Positions 20,379-31,016 of a stretch of 64,000 nucleotides of DNA are shown piece after piece. Location of the stretch: the UHGV virus genome UHGV-0198106; one strand, given 5' to 3'. The position numbers and the translations under genes are program-made. Below the pieces are notes generated by a model. It saw only the letters and a list, made by a program, of their open reading frames with translations, searched no databases and had not been told where the DNA came from. The stretch is from a virus. The first letter of the stretch is position 1, and every line of letters starts with the position of its first letter.

Positions 20379-21200
20379 TTATTCCCAAGATTTGTTTAAC
20401 CATGACCAATCAAATAGGTCTTCTGGAGTCTGACCAACAAAGAGAAGCCGAGCATTCTCAAGCATTTTCTCTTCATCTTCAGTATCGAACTTCTTATAAT
20501 ATTCCATTCGCACTATATGATACATGGTCCATTTGTCTGTAACACCAGCTAGTAATTTAGCTGCTGCCTTCTTCCCTATTCCTTGACGTCGAAGCTGAAG
20601 CTTACCACCCCACATAACTTCTTTGCGTTCCCCACATCCGGGGATATTATCCGTACCATCTCCAATCAACATTTGATAGAAGAAGTTTTGCCATGAAACT
20701 AAATCGGATACGTAGTGAGGGGGAACCTCTTTCTGCCTTTCTCCACAAGCCCAGCGATAATGCCATCCGGGGGTTATTAATAAATCTTTGTCTCTAGTAC
20801 AGATGATAGTGTTCTTGTCTCTACGCTGCCTTTCAGCTAAAGCGTCATCTGCTTCTCTACCAAAGACGTCAATATACTCATAGTGCTCTTTGATATAATC
20901 TCCGACCGCTTTCCAGTGGAAGGGTTTCTCAGATATTGCTCGATTACCTTTATAATCCTGTTGCTTAGCGATATCGAAACGGAAGTTACCACCTTCGCTG
21001 AAGTAGAATACAACCTTACTACAACCCGAGCGAGCTATAATTGTATCAATCTTGTACTGAAGTCGTTCAATCATGAAATTGTAATCGACTGGAACACGTC
21101 CTGTGTCAAGGAATGGATGCTCCTGAGTAAGGGCACCCACCTCATATCGAAGAACATCCGCGTCCACAATTGCTACTTCAGGGAGCTTAACTTCTTCCAT
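20379..21200 (-). CDS. 5'-3' exonuclease / flap endonuclease
   Basis: Acidic N-terminal segment IVDADVLRYEVG, CTRDKDLL and H3TH-like GDGTDNIPGCG as in FEN-family phage exonucleases. Confidence 0.8.
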   Translation of the reverse strand: MEEVKLPEVAIVDADVLRYEVGALTQEHPFLDTGRVPVDYNFMIERLQYKIDTIIARSGCSKVVFYFSEGGNFRFDIAKQQDYKGNRAISEKPFHWKAVGDYIKEHYEYIDVFGREADDALAERQRRDKNTIICTRDKDLLITPGWHYRWACGERQKEVPPHYVSDLVSWQNFFYQMLIGDGTDNIPGCGERKEVMWGGKLQLRRQGIGKKAAAKLLAGVTDKWTMYHIVRMEYYKKFDTEDEEKMLENARLLFVGQTPEDLFDWSWLNKSWE

Positions 21201-21201
21201 G

Positions 21202-22372
<1,171 letters not shown>

Positions 22373-22615
22373 AATGCATCTCTTTATAAACAGTTTCCGT
22401 GTTCTTCTTCCAGTCGGATAAACCAGTAAGAACCCTCTGAGCAACTTCATCAGCTGCCTTACTTCTTTCAATCTCTAACTCTTGTTGATGCTTCTCTTTA
22501 TCAAGATTGTTACTGTCTGTTCGGTATTCATTGAACTTCATACCTCCAAAGAACACGAGAGCAGAGAAGATGATAAAACCTACATTATCACTTAATGTAC
22601 TTTTCATATTGTCTC

Positions 22616-22643
22616 CAACGAAAAAAGCCACCCGAAGGTGGCT
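22616..22643 (-). terminator. rho-independent terminator
   Basis: On minus strand AGCCACC-uucg-GGUGGCU then UUUUUCG; directly downstream of the SSB-like gene. Confidence 0.8.
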
Positions 22644-22664
22644 AAGCTATAACAAGGAGAGTTA

Positions 22665-23411
22665 TCAGAAAGGCGAATCGTTATCATCTTCATAAGTAGA
22701 AGCAGGCTCTTTATCAATCGTAGGGATTGAAGGAGTAGCTTCTTTCTGTTCTGTTTCAGAAGCACGAGTAATTTCACGACCAGCCAGAGGCATGTTCTTA
22801 GCGTCATTAGCTTGAGTAAGCAGGTTGCGCTGGAACGGGAACATCAGTTGATAGGATGCTACGTTCTCATCGGTTTCAGCATATGGTTCGAAGAATACCA
22901 GAGGACTACGAGCTTCACCAACTGCTGCACGGTATTTGGTTGGGATTGGAGAAATGGTCTTGATGGAGTTTTTAACTTCACCAGCTTTATTAGTGTAAGA
23001 GTTAACCAGAATGTTAACAGGCTGACCTAACAGAACATCCTTGAACCAAGATAGATCACCTTTCAGTGCTTGAATGCTTGGGTCAATCATCTTGCAAAGA
23101 TCAAGAATACCAGAGTTCTTAGCTCGTGGGTTTACATCATAGCTCTTGAACTGGCAAGCCGGACGTGGTTCTAATGCCTTACCATCGGAATCTTTACCAG
23201 TAGCATCAACGCCAATCAGCTCGAAAGCTAAATCCATACGGAATGCTGGATTCTTAGGAGTTACTGCTTTGGTCTTCGGGTCAATCCAAGGGTCACGATT
23301 GTGAACACCCAAACCTACTACACGAACAATACGTGCTTCGTATTCACCATCAGGGATTACATCGTAGTTGGATTTACGGGAAGAAGTTGCGATAGTTGGA
23401 ATCATGCTCAT
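22665..23411 (-). CDS. single-stranded DNA-binding protein (T7 gp2.5-type candidate)
   Basis: 248 aa with acidic C-terminal tail ending DDNDSPF, as in SSB proteins; located in replication block. Confidence 0.55.
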   Translation of the reverse strand: MSMIPTIATSSRKSNYDVIPDGEYEARIVRVVGLGVHNRDPWIDPKTKAVTPKNPAFRMDLAFELIGVDATGKDSDGKALEPRPACQFKSYDVNPRAKNSGILDLCKMIDPSIQALKGDLSWFKDVLLGQPVNILVNSYTNKAGEVKNSIKTISPIPTKYRAAVGEARSPLVFFEPYAETDENVASYQLMFPFQRNLLTQANDAKNMPLAGREITRASETEQKEATPSIPTIDKEPASTYEDDNDSPF

Positions 23412-23839
23412 TATTAAATTTCCTTATTTAGTTTGAAAGATTGTTGCTCTCTTTGAGCGGTTATGTATAGTATACATTACGCTTATACCGATAAGAGTAC
23501 TATATAGTATAAGTATCTTTGGTAGTAGATATAACATACCAGTAATGTATATATTGTATAGCTGATAAAGTTATTGCACGGGACTGACGACGATAAGGCG
23601 CAGACGACAATCTCTCATAAGTTTGTAAGAAATTGAGAGACTACCGGAAGGGCAGGAGCCACCTGCGTGATAAAAATAGAGAATTAAGGAATCCTTGATT
23701 TAGGTTGTAGGGACTCCTAGGGACTTTGATTCTCTATTTAAAAGAATAGATAATTATTACATCTAACACTAAACAAATTGATACAAAAACAAGAAACTTC
23801 TCATAAACACCCATTACTTATTACCTATTATAAAGAAAG

Positions 23840-24028
23840 TTAAATCAAGCATCCATCACAAACATAATCTCCACTAAGAGACTCTTGTAACAAACGATTT
23901 TGTTCCTCTGAATATAAAGAATCTACTAACTCTTTTAACTCTGAAAGAGTAATGAAATCAATAGTATTTCCATTATCTAAAATAGAAGAGTTAAGTAAAT
24001 ATTCATTATCTTTAATTTTATTAATCAT
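23840..24028 (-). CDS. hypothetical protein
   Basis: Track ORF, 62 aa; start overlaps stop of upstream small ORF (ATGA). Confidence 0.4.
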   Translation of the reverse strand: MINKIKDNEYLLNSSILDNGNTIDFITLSELKELVDSLYSEEQNRLLQESLSGDYVCDGCLI

Positions 24029-24165
24029 TCTTCATTTCCTTTTACTTCAGCGTATACTTTAACTTCTCCTTTAAGAACTTCTTTGGAAGCATTAGCACTT
24101 TCTTCAGAGTGATGCACAACGGTGATCTCTTTCTTTCCAATCTTATAGGTGTGAATCCAAATCAT
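24025..24165 (-). CDS. small hypothetical protein (46 aa)
   Basis: Not in track; AAGGAA then ATG; MIWIHTYKIGKKEITVVHHSEESANASKEVLKGEVKVYAEVKGNEE; stop overlaps next start. Confidence 0.4.
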   Translation of the reverse strand: MIWIHTYKIGKKEITVVHHSEESANASKEVLKGEVKVYAEVKGNEE

Positions 24166-24177
24166 TTAATTTCCTTA

Positions 24178-24576
24178 TTAACGTATAACCAGAGGCTCTT
24201 CAGAGTACACAGGAGCGGCTATTTCTACAGGAGGTGCTGCCCTAAGGTCATTAAGTCTTACGCCCTTCAGCATACCGTCTAGGTGGTCCTTTTTGGGGAT
24301 TCCAACAGGGAAGTCGTCAATCCAGATATCTACAAAGAAACCTAACTGTCGACATACCTCATCCTTCTGCACACCATTACAAAAGATGACAGGGATTTGC
24401 AGGGTCTCTGCATCGTACAGGATATCCACGTTATCATAACCATTAGGCTCTGAGAAACGGAAAGTCACGAATCTTACATCATGTCCATACTCTTTCATCA
24501 AGCCTATTACATCTCTCCACAGACGTCTATCTGCTGTGTAAGTGTCGTCATAATCTAAACCAATATTCATATCCAA
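24178..24576 (-). CDS. HAD-superfamily phosphatase-like protein
   Basis: N-terminal DxDxT-type motif (GLDYDDTYT) and later acidic DD motif (VDIWIDDFP). Confidence 0.4.
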   Translation of the reverse strand: MDMNIGLDYDDTYTADRRLWRDVIGLMKEYGHDVRFVTFRFSEPNGYDNVDILYDAETLQIPVIFCNGVQKDEVCRQLGFFVDIWIDDFPVGIPKKDHLDGMLKGVRLNDLRAAPPVEIAAPVYSEEPLVIR

Positions 24577-24591
24577 ATCCTTTAGACAAGA

Positions 24592-24612
24592 AAAGCCGCC
24601 CTAAGGCAGCTT
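24592..24612 (-). terminator. terminator hairpin (possibly bidirectional)
   Basis: AGCCGCC-cuaa-GGCAGCU stem (G-U wobble on minus strand) flanked by T-runs on both sides. Confidence 0.5.
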
Positions 24613-24617
24613 TTTAT

Positions 24618-24794
24618 TTAACTGTTCACTTTAGCTTCAAGTGTTTCATTTTCAATGCTCAAATCAATCACTACACCAGTAAGCTCAACAACTGCTTGGC
24701 GAAGGGCATCTTTACCCATGGAGTGTACTTGAGATAAGAAGAAAGCTTTACCTTCTTCAGTGGATAGGGTTTCTTTCAGTTCAGTTGCAGTCAT
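24618..24794 (-). CDS. small hypothetical protein (58 aa)
   Basis: Not in track; GAGGAAAAGA then ATG; translates MTATELKETLSTEEGKAFFLSQVHSMGKDALRQAVVELTGVVIDLSIENETLEAKVNS. Confidence 0.4.
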   Translation of the reverse strand: MTATELKETLSTEEGKAFFLSQVHSMGKDALRQAVVELTGVVIDLSIENETLEAKVNS

Positions 24795-24986
24795 TCTTTT
24801 CCTCTCTCTCTTTCCATAATTCAGCTAATTCCAAATAGTATTGCGCTTCATCAGCACGTCCTTGTTCATTACAGATGGTGCTTTGACGATAGCACCAATC
24901 CGATGGCATCTCTTCCACTTCAATCTCCTTGTTATGAACCAATCAATAAGACTAGTTCATTAGTGTTCCAGTTTTTCAGTTCTGAA

Positions 24987-26831
24987 TCAATGGGTGTGCA
25001 TCCAATTTAATCCAATCTGACAATCAGATGCTAATTCACAGTGCATGTTTAGATATTCTCCTGCTTTTTTAACACAAGTCTCAGCTATCTCTTTCATTTT
25101 ATCAATGTCGTTACGGTTGACAGACCACTGTGCTTCATCATGATAGTCAATCACCTTATTTCCTCTAATACCCTGCTGCTCTACCCATTTATTTGTGAAC
25201 AAAATGGAGTATTTCATGACAATGGCACCTGCACTCTGGAGTAGGGTATTCAGGGCTTTATGCACCATAACCTTACCAGTAGCATCCCGTCTCATGGTCA
25301 ACTTACGACCATCCACACCTTCAAGAGTACCTGTTTCTGCACGAGCTTGTACTCTCTCCAAGACAATTGGGATACAAGGGCATTCTGCTAAGAAACGTTC
25401 TCTGAGAATTTCACCCTCTTGAGCACCTCCTCCAACAATCTCTCCAATCTTAGCTGCGCCTGCCCCATATAGAAATCCATAGATAAAAGTTTTTGCATTA
25501 TCTCTAGTTGGTAGGCCAGCTAGTTTCTGATTGTGGGAATGGATATCACCTGAGAGAAGAACCTCTCGATAAGTATAAGCAGCCTCTAAGCCTTTCTCAG
25601 CCCTAAGATACTTAATTTTATCGTTCTCTGCTTTGGCTTCTTCCATCATGTCAAGGCACTCTTTCACAAGATAGTGCACTAACATACGCAACTCTAACCC
25701 AGAACCATCATACCCTAAGAATACTTCTTTACCAGCGGGTATGTAATATTTGTAAGCACCTACAGGTTTGTCTTTCTTCCCCGGCTTACCTTTCTCGTAA
25801 ATTACGTTAGTACCTTTTCGTATATAACAACCATCAGGAACAACGTTAGTAATAACGAAAGGACGAGAGTGATCACTGTCTGAGTTATAGTCAGACTCAA
25901 ACAAACTGCGACACTCGTGACCAAACAGACCACGGGAGGGAATATTAACCACGATACGATGTTTGAATCGAAAAGTCGGCGTAGCGCAGCTGTTAGCTTC
26001 TGCTGAAAGTTTACCATCTTCGCGTTCCTTTGCTATAAGTCCACTGATAAGACCTAGCCTGTGAGCCGCTACAACGCGTCTCTTAAGCAAACTCCCAACA
26101 CTCCCTAGCTCACCCCCTAGCCCTTCTTCAAGAGTCTCCTCGAGGTTTGTAGGAGCTGTAGGCCACTTGTTTGATGTGGCTAGTGCTTTCTTAATCTCAT
26201 CAAACGTTACAGGATTACGGCGATTCGGGTTTAATCCCAAACCAAATACGTAAGCCTTCATGTAATTCTTAGTCTTAAATCTAAAATGCTTTTCTAAGAA
26301 TTTCTTTATATCAGCGTCAACCATCTCGGCTGTCTGCTTTTGCTTAGCATTGCCTCGCATCCAAGCAGTATACCATGCTTGGTATGTTCCATACTTTCTC
26401 ATATCTTTCTTAATTTCGAAAGTATTCCAAGGCTTTTTAGATACGTTAAACTCTGGAGGAAGAAAGCCCTCATCCATAAGAGCTTCTTTAACTCGTGCAT
26501 CCTTCGATGGGTCAAAGTCTACGTATTCGACACAGGTGAAAGCTCCACCAATGTCCTCCCTCTTCAGCCCAACCCTATCACAATAGGCTTGAGGCCACTT
26601 CTGCAAAGCTCCAGACTTCTTAAACGGCTTCATATAAGTAGAGCCGTCTAATCTCATCTTAGGTAAGAGAGGAATTAGTTCTTTATCAATATTAACAATA
26701 ATCTCTTTAAGGAGGTGAACATACCACCGAGCATTTCTTCGGTTGAAACTCACTCCGTGCTTTGCTTGCTTAGAGATTATATCAGCGACAGTCATCTCTG
26801 TCAAAAATGGAAGAGCGTCCGGGTTGCTCAC
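24987..26831 (-). CDS. DNA polymerase, family A, polymerase domain
   Basis: Motif A DGSGLELR, motif B RDNAKTFIYGFLYG, motif C VIDYHDEAQW; GTG start; no exonuclease motifs in this ORF. Confidence 0.9.
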   Translation of the reverse strand: MSNPDALPFLTEMTVADIISKQAKHGVSFNRRNARWYVHLLKEIIVNIDKELIPLLPKMRLDGSTYMKPFKKSGALQKWPQAYCDRVGLKREDIGGAFTCVEYVDFDPSKDARVKEALMDEGFLPPEFNVSKKPWNTFEIKKDMRKYGTYQAWYTAWMRGNAKQKQTAEMVDADIKKFLEKHFRFKTKNYMKAYVFGLGLNPNRRNPVTFDEIKKALATSNKWPTAPTNLEETLEEGLGGELGSVGSLLKRRVVAAHRLGLISGLIAKEREDGKLSAEANSCATPTFRFKHRIVVNIPSRGLFGHECRSLFESDYNSDSDHSRPFVITNVVPDGCYIRKGTNVIYEKGKPGKKDKPVGAYKYYIPAGKEVFLGYDGSGLELRMLVHYLVKECLDMMEEAKAENDKIKYLRAEKGLEAAYTYREVLLSGDIHSHNQKLAGLPTRDNAKTFIYGFLYGAGAAKIGEIVGGGAQEGEILRERFLAECPCIPIVLERVQARAETGTLEGVDGRKLTMRRDATGKVMVHKALNTLLQSAGAIVMKYSILFTNKWVEQQGIRGNKVIDYHDEAQWSVNRNDIDKMKEIAETCVKKAGEYLNMHCELASDCQIGLNWMHTH

Positions 26832-26847
26832 TTTATACTCCTTTAAA

Positions 26848-27252
26848 TTATTGGTAAAGTAAATCTGTAAATGCTTGATTGTCAGCTATTGCATCTAGGT
26901 CATTAGGGGATACTCGGATAATGTTACCTTCAACTCTCCACGGAGATGACGTAGGTGAAGACCTAACTTCAAGAGGCTGCTCTCTGACTAGATGGGCCAT
27001 GACCCTCTGATTAGCAACTTCTTCTCTTTCTCGAATAGCTCTTTGGATGTAAGCCAGCTTCATACCCCAAGCTTCTTCAAACTCTTGAGGGTGCTTATCA
27101 CTGATAACTACATACTGACGTTCAGGTATACCAGAGCGAATCTCTGATAATAATTCATGAAACAAATCTAGTTCATGTTCAGTGAGATTCATTTCGATAT
27201 CATCCCACTTGAGGACTAAGAATCTGTTTTGATGTCTAGTTGGTAATGACAT
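26848..27252 (-). CDS. hypothetical protein
   Basis: Track ORF, 134 aa. Confidence 0.45.
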   Translation of the reverse strand: MSLPTRHQNRFLVLKWDDIEMNLTEHELDLFHELLSEIRSGIPERQYVVISDKHPQEFEEAWGMKLAYIQRAIREREEVANQRVMAHLVREQPLEVRSSPTSSPWRVEGNIIRVSPNDLDAIADNQAFTDLLYQ

Positions 27253-27255
27253 AAC

Positions 27256-27504
27256 TCAACCTTTTGGGAATGGGATCAGGTTTTCTACTGCAACGCGAAT
27301 TCCTTTGTTTACTTTTTTATTCTTATAAGAGATAAACTTCCCGTCAGCTCCACGAAGGATTACATTAGTACGAGCTGTAGAAGGGACCTGCTTGATAGCT
27401 GATACACATTGCTGGGAAGTCAATTTGGTTGCAGCGTAAAAGGTAGTTGTAATGGAGCCAAATTTAGTGTTATCAGTAATGGTTACAGTTTTTACAATAG
27501 ACAT
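27256..27504 (-). CDS. hypothetical protein
   Basis: Track ORF, 82 aa. Confidence 0.45.
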   Translation of the reverse strand: MSIVKTVTITDNTKFGSITTTFYAATKLTSQQCVSAIKQVPSTARTNVILRGADGKFISYKNKKVNKGIRVAVENLIPFPKG

Positions 27505-27541
27505 ATTTTATTTACCTAATAAGATTAATTTTAGTTTATAT

Positions 27542-27570
27542 AAAAGAAAAGGCCACCCGATTGGGTAGCC
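27542..27570 (-). terminator. rho-independent terminator
   Basis: On minus strand GGCUACCC-aauc-GGGUGGCC followed by UUUUCUUUU; just downstream of gene ending at 27576. Confidence 0.75.
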
Positions 27571-27575
27571 TCATA

Positions 27576-27893
27576 TTATGATGAGCTTAAAGCTCCTTTG
27601 CGAGATCCAGCTGCTTTTCCAGCTCGATCACCACTTTTGCCGCCGTTTGAACGGTTTGAGCTGACTGATTCAACACGTAAGTTGCTTGACGCATTAGAGC
27701 CTCCAGACTTGACAGCTCGTTTGTGTCCAACGTCTTTACCTCTGACAGCAGCTTTTCCATCGCGCTTTTCAACGATGCGACGTGCACGGTGGCGCTGAGC
27801 ATCTCCGCTCTTGCTCCCAACGCCTGTTTCACCACGGGCAATTGCGGTACGTCTTTCTTGTGCATAATCTCTCTTTCCTACATGGTCTGCCAT
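27576..27893 (-). CDS. basic Gly/Lys/Arg-rich small protein
   Basis: AAGGAG then ATG; an alternative fully overlapping frame (27587..27865) also has a plausible RBS. Confidence 0.45.
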   Translation of the reverse strand: MADHVGKRDYAQERRTAIARGETGVGSKSGDAQRHRARRIVEKRDGKAAVRGKDVGHKRAVKSGGSNASSNLRVESVSSNRSNGGKSGDRAGKAAGSRKGALSSS

Positions 27894-27949
27894 TTAGAAC
27901 TCCTTAATATATCAGTGTACACTAAGGAGTATACATTATAAGTTACTAT

Positions 27950-28687
27950 TTAAGCTTTCTTTTCCATTGCTTTAACAATCGCCTTACAGAAACCAGAACG
28001 AACAATGTCATCCGATTCACCATCTACAATCTCAGCATACTCATACAGATCGTGTTCATCAATAAAATTAGTAGCCCAAGTTAGGCCACTCTCACGACCA
28101 CGCATATCATGCTGGTTTGTATCACCCATGCAGAACAGTTGAGAGGTTTCTCCCAATCGAGTCATGATGGAGAAGGCTTCATCCTTAGTTGTGTTCTGGA
28201 ACTCGTCTACGATAACAATAGCATCATTGAAAGAACGACCACGGAGATATTCCAGAGGTACAAATTCAATGTTACCATTTCCGATTTGGCATTCATAGAA
28301 TCCCTTACCATATCGCTGAGTAATAACATCAATAATAGGCATCAGGTACGGTTCAAACTTCTCACGCATCCCTCCAGGAAGTAACCCAAGAGAGTTACCC
28401 ATGCCAACTGAAGGTCGACTTAGGATGATCTTCTGAATCTTACCACTCTTCAGTGCATCAATAACCGTGGAAGTGATTACAAAGGTCTTACCACAGCCCG
28501 CAGGAGCGTCTGTGAACACAACTTGTTTAGTCTTAATAGCATTGAGTAGCTCAGACTGAAACTGGTTCTGAGGGACTACAGGCTTTGCTAAAACCACCTC
28601 TTCATACTCTCGCTTACCCTTACGAGTAACAAGTGCTTCCCGACGAAGATCTTTCCGTGATTCTTTCCGTGATTGACGACGACTCAT
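27950..28687 (-). CDS. phoH: PhoH-like P-loop ATPase
   Basis: Walker A APAGCGKT and overall PhoH-family layout. Confidence 0.85.
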   Translation of the reverse strand: MSRRQSRKESRKDLRREALVTRKGKREYEEVVLAKPVVPQNQFQSELLNAIKTKQVVFTDAPAGCGKTFVITSTVIDALKSGKIQKIILSRPSVGMGNSLGLLPGGMREKFEPYLMPIIDVITQRYGKGFYECQIGNGNIEFVPLEYLRGRSFNDAIVIVDEFQNTTKDEAFSIMTRLGETSQLFCMGDTNQHDMRGRESGLTWATNFIDEHDLYEYAEIVDGESDDIVRSGFCKAIVKAMEKKA

Positions 28688-28869
28688 TTACGCTCTCCAA
28701 TTTCTTCGTAATGACACTCAGTGGTTAAACAGTCTTTACAGATTGCTGTATAAACCCTGACGTTAGTAAATCGTTTGTTCTTCCCTTTGGTTGGAGAGCC
28801 TTTGGCAAGCTCTCTGATAACCTTGTTACTTAAATGAAGGTTTGTTCCTTCGCATTTAGAGCACTTCAT
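28684..28869 (-). CDS. small zinc-ribbon protein
   Basis: 61 aa with paired CxxC motifs (CSKCEG ... CKDCLTTEC). Confidence 0.45.
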   Translation of the reverse strand: MKCSKCEGTNLHLSNKVIRELAKGSPTKGKNKRFTNVRVYTAICKDCLTTECHYEEIGERK

Positions 28870-29185
28870 GGTTCATATCTTTATGAATCCTGTAAACAGC
28901 TGTAGCCATACAAGCAACAGCCTCATTATGTGGGAGGTGCATCCCTGTAGAACCATCCCAATCCCTGAACTCATTGTCAAAGACTCCGGTAGGATCTGGA
29001 TACAAAGCTTGCAACTCAACCAAATCATTAGCAACTTGTTGCCATTTATCATCAGACCAGATAGGGTCATCCAACCAGTAATACAAATAGGAATGGATGA
29101 TCAATTGCCTTCTGTGCCGATTGATTACTTCAGCGGGACTTATCTCACTTCCATTTGAAGTCTTAAATGTATTACTGTCAATCAT
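28856..29185 (-). CDS. standalone NAD-dependent DNA ligase domain-Ia-like protein
   Basis: RRQLIIHSYLYYWLDDPIWSDDKWQQVANDLVELQALYPD resembles the LigA N-terminal Ia segment; only 109 aa, no ligase catalytic domain. Confidence 0.4.
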   Translation of the reverse strand: MIDSNTFKTSNGSEISPAEVINRHRRQLIIHSYLYYWLDDPIWSDDKWQQVANDLVELQALYPDPTGVFDNEFRDWDGSTGMHLPHNEAVACMATAVYRIHKDMNHEVL

Positions 29186-29388
29186 TATGAAAATTTCCGT
29201 TCTGTTAAAAAGTACTGAACTTCATTATCCGGAGACCAAACCTTTTCTCCATTTACTAATTTCTTAGCATCTTTGTATGAAACACAATCCAAAGCAGGAG
29301 TATCAGGTGTTGGTTTCCCTAGGAAATATTTCCAAGTCCAACGTTCTCCATCATCATCTTGGCAGTCAAAAGTCCACAATGTTTTCAT
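29185..29388 (-). CDS. hypothetical protein
   Basis: Track ORF, 67 aa. Confidence 0.4.
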   Translation of the reverse strand: MKTLWTFDCQDDDGERWTWKYFLGKPTPDTPALDCVSYKDAKKLVNGEKVWSPDNEVQYFLTERKFS

Positions 29389-29403
29389 TTCACAACCTTA
29401 AAT

Positions 29404-29646
29404 TTAAATGTTGTTGGGTGAGAATAATTCCACACTGTCAAGCATGTAGTAGGAGTAACCAAAGGGTTTGGCTGTTAAGTTGGAAACCCTTTTATCAAAA
29501 AGAGATTGAGAAACATCCTCTTCTACTCCAACATCCTCAAGCTGCTGCTTTGTAGGATAGTCAGTGAAAGAGCAAAGAATTTCTGTATCCTCTCCTCTGT
29601 CTGTATCCTCAACACGACTCAGAATCCAAATATTCTTCCTAACCAT
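29404..29646 (-). CDS. hypothetical protein
   Basis: Track ORF, 80 aa. Confidence 0.4.
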   Translation of the reverse strand: MVRKNIWILSRVEDTDRGEDTEILCSFTDYPTKQQLEDVGVEEDVSQSLFDKRVSNLTAKPFGYSYYMLDSVELFSPNNI

Positions 29647-29647
29647 T

Positions 29648-30304
29648 TTAATTCTCCAAAGTTTTCTTCAAAGCTGCCCATGAGACTGGGTAGAGCTTAG
29701 CCATTTCTTCATCTAGAGATTGGGCAAACACTCGAACTTCATACTGAGCATGAGAGGAGAGTCGCTGACGACACAACTCAAACCAGCCATATAAAGAACC
29801 AGTCCACACCCACTCAGTGATCATCCCCTGAGGAAGAACAAATCGGGCTTGCTCTGGTGCAACGAATTCAATCAACTTGTCATATGCTGCTAGAGAAGCT
29901 TCATATGCATCGTTAATCAGCATTAATGCTTCAGCTCGTTCTCCGTTGAGGAGTTGAATCCCTGAACCTGCATGGAGGTCCGAAGGTCTCGCAAAAATCT
30001 CTTTAGGGATGAAGACTTCAACTGCTCCATCTTTATACCGCCGGGACATTTCGTTCCACGAGAATCCAACCTGATGCTTGCCCAACTGTCTCGCAATTGC
30101 GATAGGTGCTTTGCATCGGAAACTGACTTGCGGGTGTCGGAATGGAGTACAGTGTTTTTCCCGTGCAAGGAAGTTGATAAGTTTTGTGTCTCTCTCATTT
30201 AAGTCACCTTCTCGAACAACACCGAAAGATACTCTAGCTGCATTGACTACAGATTTGTCACTTCCCATTGCTTCAATCAGTGTTGCTTGTAGTTGTTCGT
30301 TCAA
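29648..30304 (-). CDS. ThyX-like (flavin-dependent thymidylate synthase family) candidate
   Basis: Weak match to ThyX signature region (FRH...S...SRRY); sits among nucleotide-metabolism genes. Confidence 0.4.
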   Translation of the reverse strand: MNEQLQATLIEAMGSDKSVVNAARVSFGVVREGDLNERDTKLINFLAREKHCTPFRHPQVSFRCKAPIAIARQLGKHQVGFSWNEMSRRYKDGAVEVFIPKEIFARPSDLHAGSGIQLLNGERAEALMLINDAYEASLAAYDKLIEFVAPEQARFVLPQGMITEWVWTGSLYGWFELCRQRLSSHAQYEVRVFAQSLDEEMAKLYPVSWAALKKTLEN

Positions 30305-30743
30305 TTAAAAGTTCCTTTTTTCGATTCATGTAAACTTGATGAGCTTCTTCGGCAGTTCCATACATACCTAGATGTATATCTACTTTATCAATACAAATAA
30401 CAGCCCTATATCTGATAGTGCCTGATCTGTATTTGACAACCTTAACACCTTGAAGCCCTGTTTCCTTGTTTGATACTCTAGCCCCGAACTGGTTGTGGCA
30501 GTTTGTCGAGGTGTCCACCAACCTCAAGTTCTGTATTGAGTTGTTCTTCTTATTTCTATCGATATGGTCTATCTGAGAAGAAGGCCATTCTCCATAGTAA
30601 AAGAACCATGCCACTTTATGAGCTTTGTGTACTTTCCCTTTAAACCGCAGGGTTATGTACTTACTTCGAGTTCCTCCTAATTTCTTACCTTTTCGAAAGA
30701 ACTCTCCAGTTTCAGGGATATACTCTAAATCATCGATTACCAT
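30273..30743 (-). CDS. HNH homing endonuclease (HNH_3 + AP2-like)
   Basis: IDHIDRNKKNNSIQNLRLV HNH motif; overlaps both neighbours, typical of free-standing homing endonuclease insertions. Confidence 0.7.
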   Translation of the reverse strand: MVIDDLEYIPETGEFFRKGKKLGGTRSKYITLRFKGKVHKAHKVAWFFYYGEWPSSQIDHIDRNKKNNSIQNLRLVDTSTNCHNQFGARVSNKETGLQGVKVVKYRSGTIRYRAVICIDKVDIHLGMYGTAEEAHQVYMNRKKELLIERTTTSNTD

Positions 30744-31008
30744 TCAGAGCTGTATCCAAAAATGCTTTCAGGTTTGCTTCAGTCTGCATACCAGAGAGGC
30801 TGTAGTGTGCACCACTGTTACGGTCAGGCACAACGAAAGCAGGGATACTTCGTACACCATACTTAACAGCTTGTTCACGACCATCACCTTCAAGGATGTT
30901 AATCTCTTCCACTTCTACATCAAACTCCTTAACAACCTTCTCAAAGGTAGGAGCCATTGCTTTACATGGAGCACACTGATCACTATAAAACTTAATTACT
31001 TTAGACAT
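30730..31008 (-). CDS. thioredoxin-like protein
   Basis: CxxC redox motif QCAPCK in a 92-aa thioredoxin-fold-sized ORF. Confidence 0.7.
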   Translation of the reverse strand: MSKVIKFYSDQCAPCKAMAPTFEKVVKEFDVEVEEINILEGDGREQAVKYGVRSIPAFVVPDRNSGAHYSLSGMQTEANLKAFLDTALNGNR

Positions 31009-31016
31009 GTAAATCC

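Noticed and set aside
27587-27865. Alternative-frame ORF of 92 aa inside 27576..27893
   Set aside because: Not rejected outright; reported as ambiguous, but only one CDS is listed because the longer frame has the stronger RBS
25195-28384. Plus-strand ORFs inside minus-strand replication genes (e.g. 25195..25422, 26340..26651, 28109..28384)
   Set aside because: Antisense to strongly supported genes (DNA polymerase, PhoH); no RBS
29648-30304. Confident ThyX (flavin-dependent thymidylate synthase) assignment
   Set aside because: The RHR...S...RY signature is only partially present (FRHP...SRRY with a long insertion); kept as a low-confidence candidate
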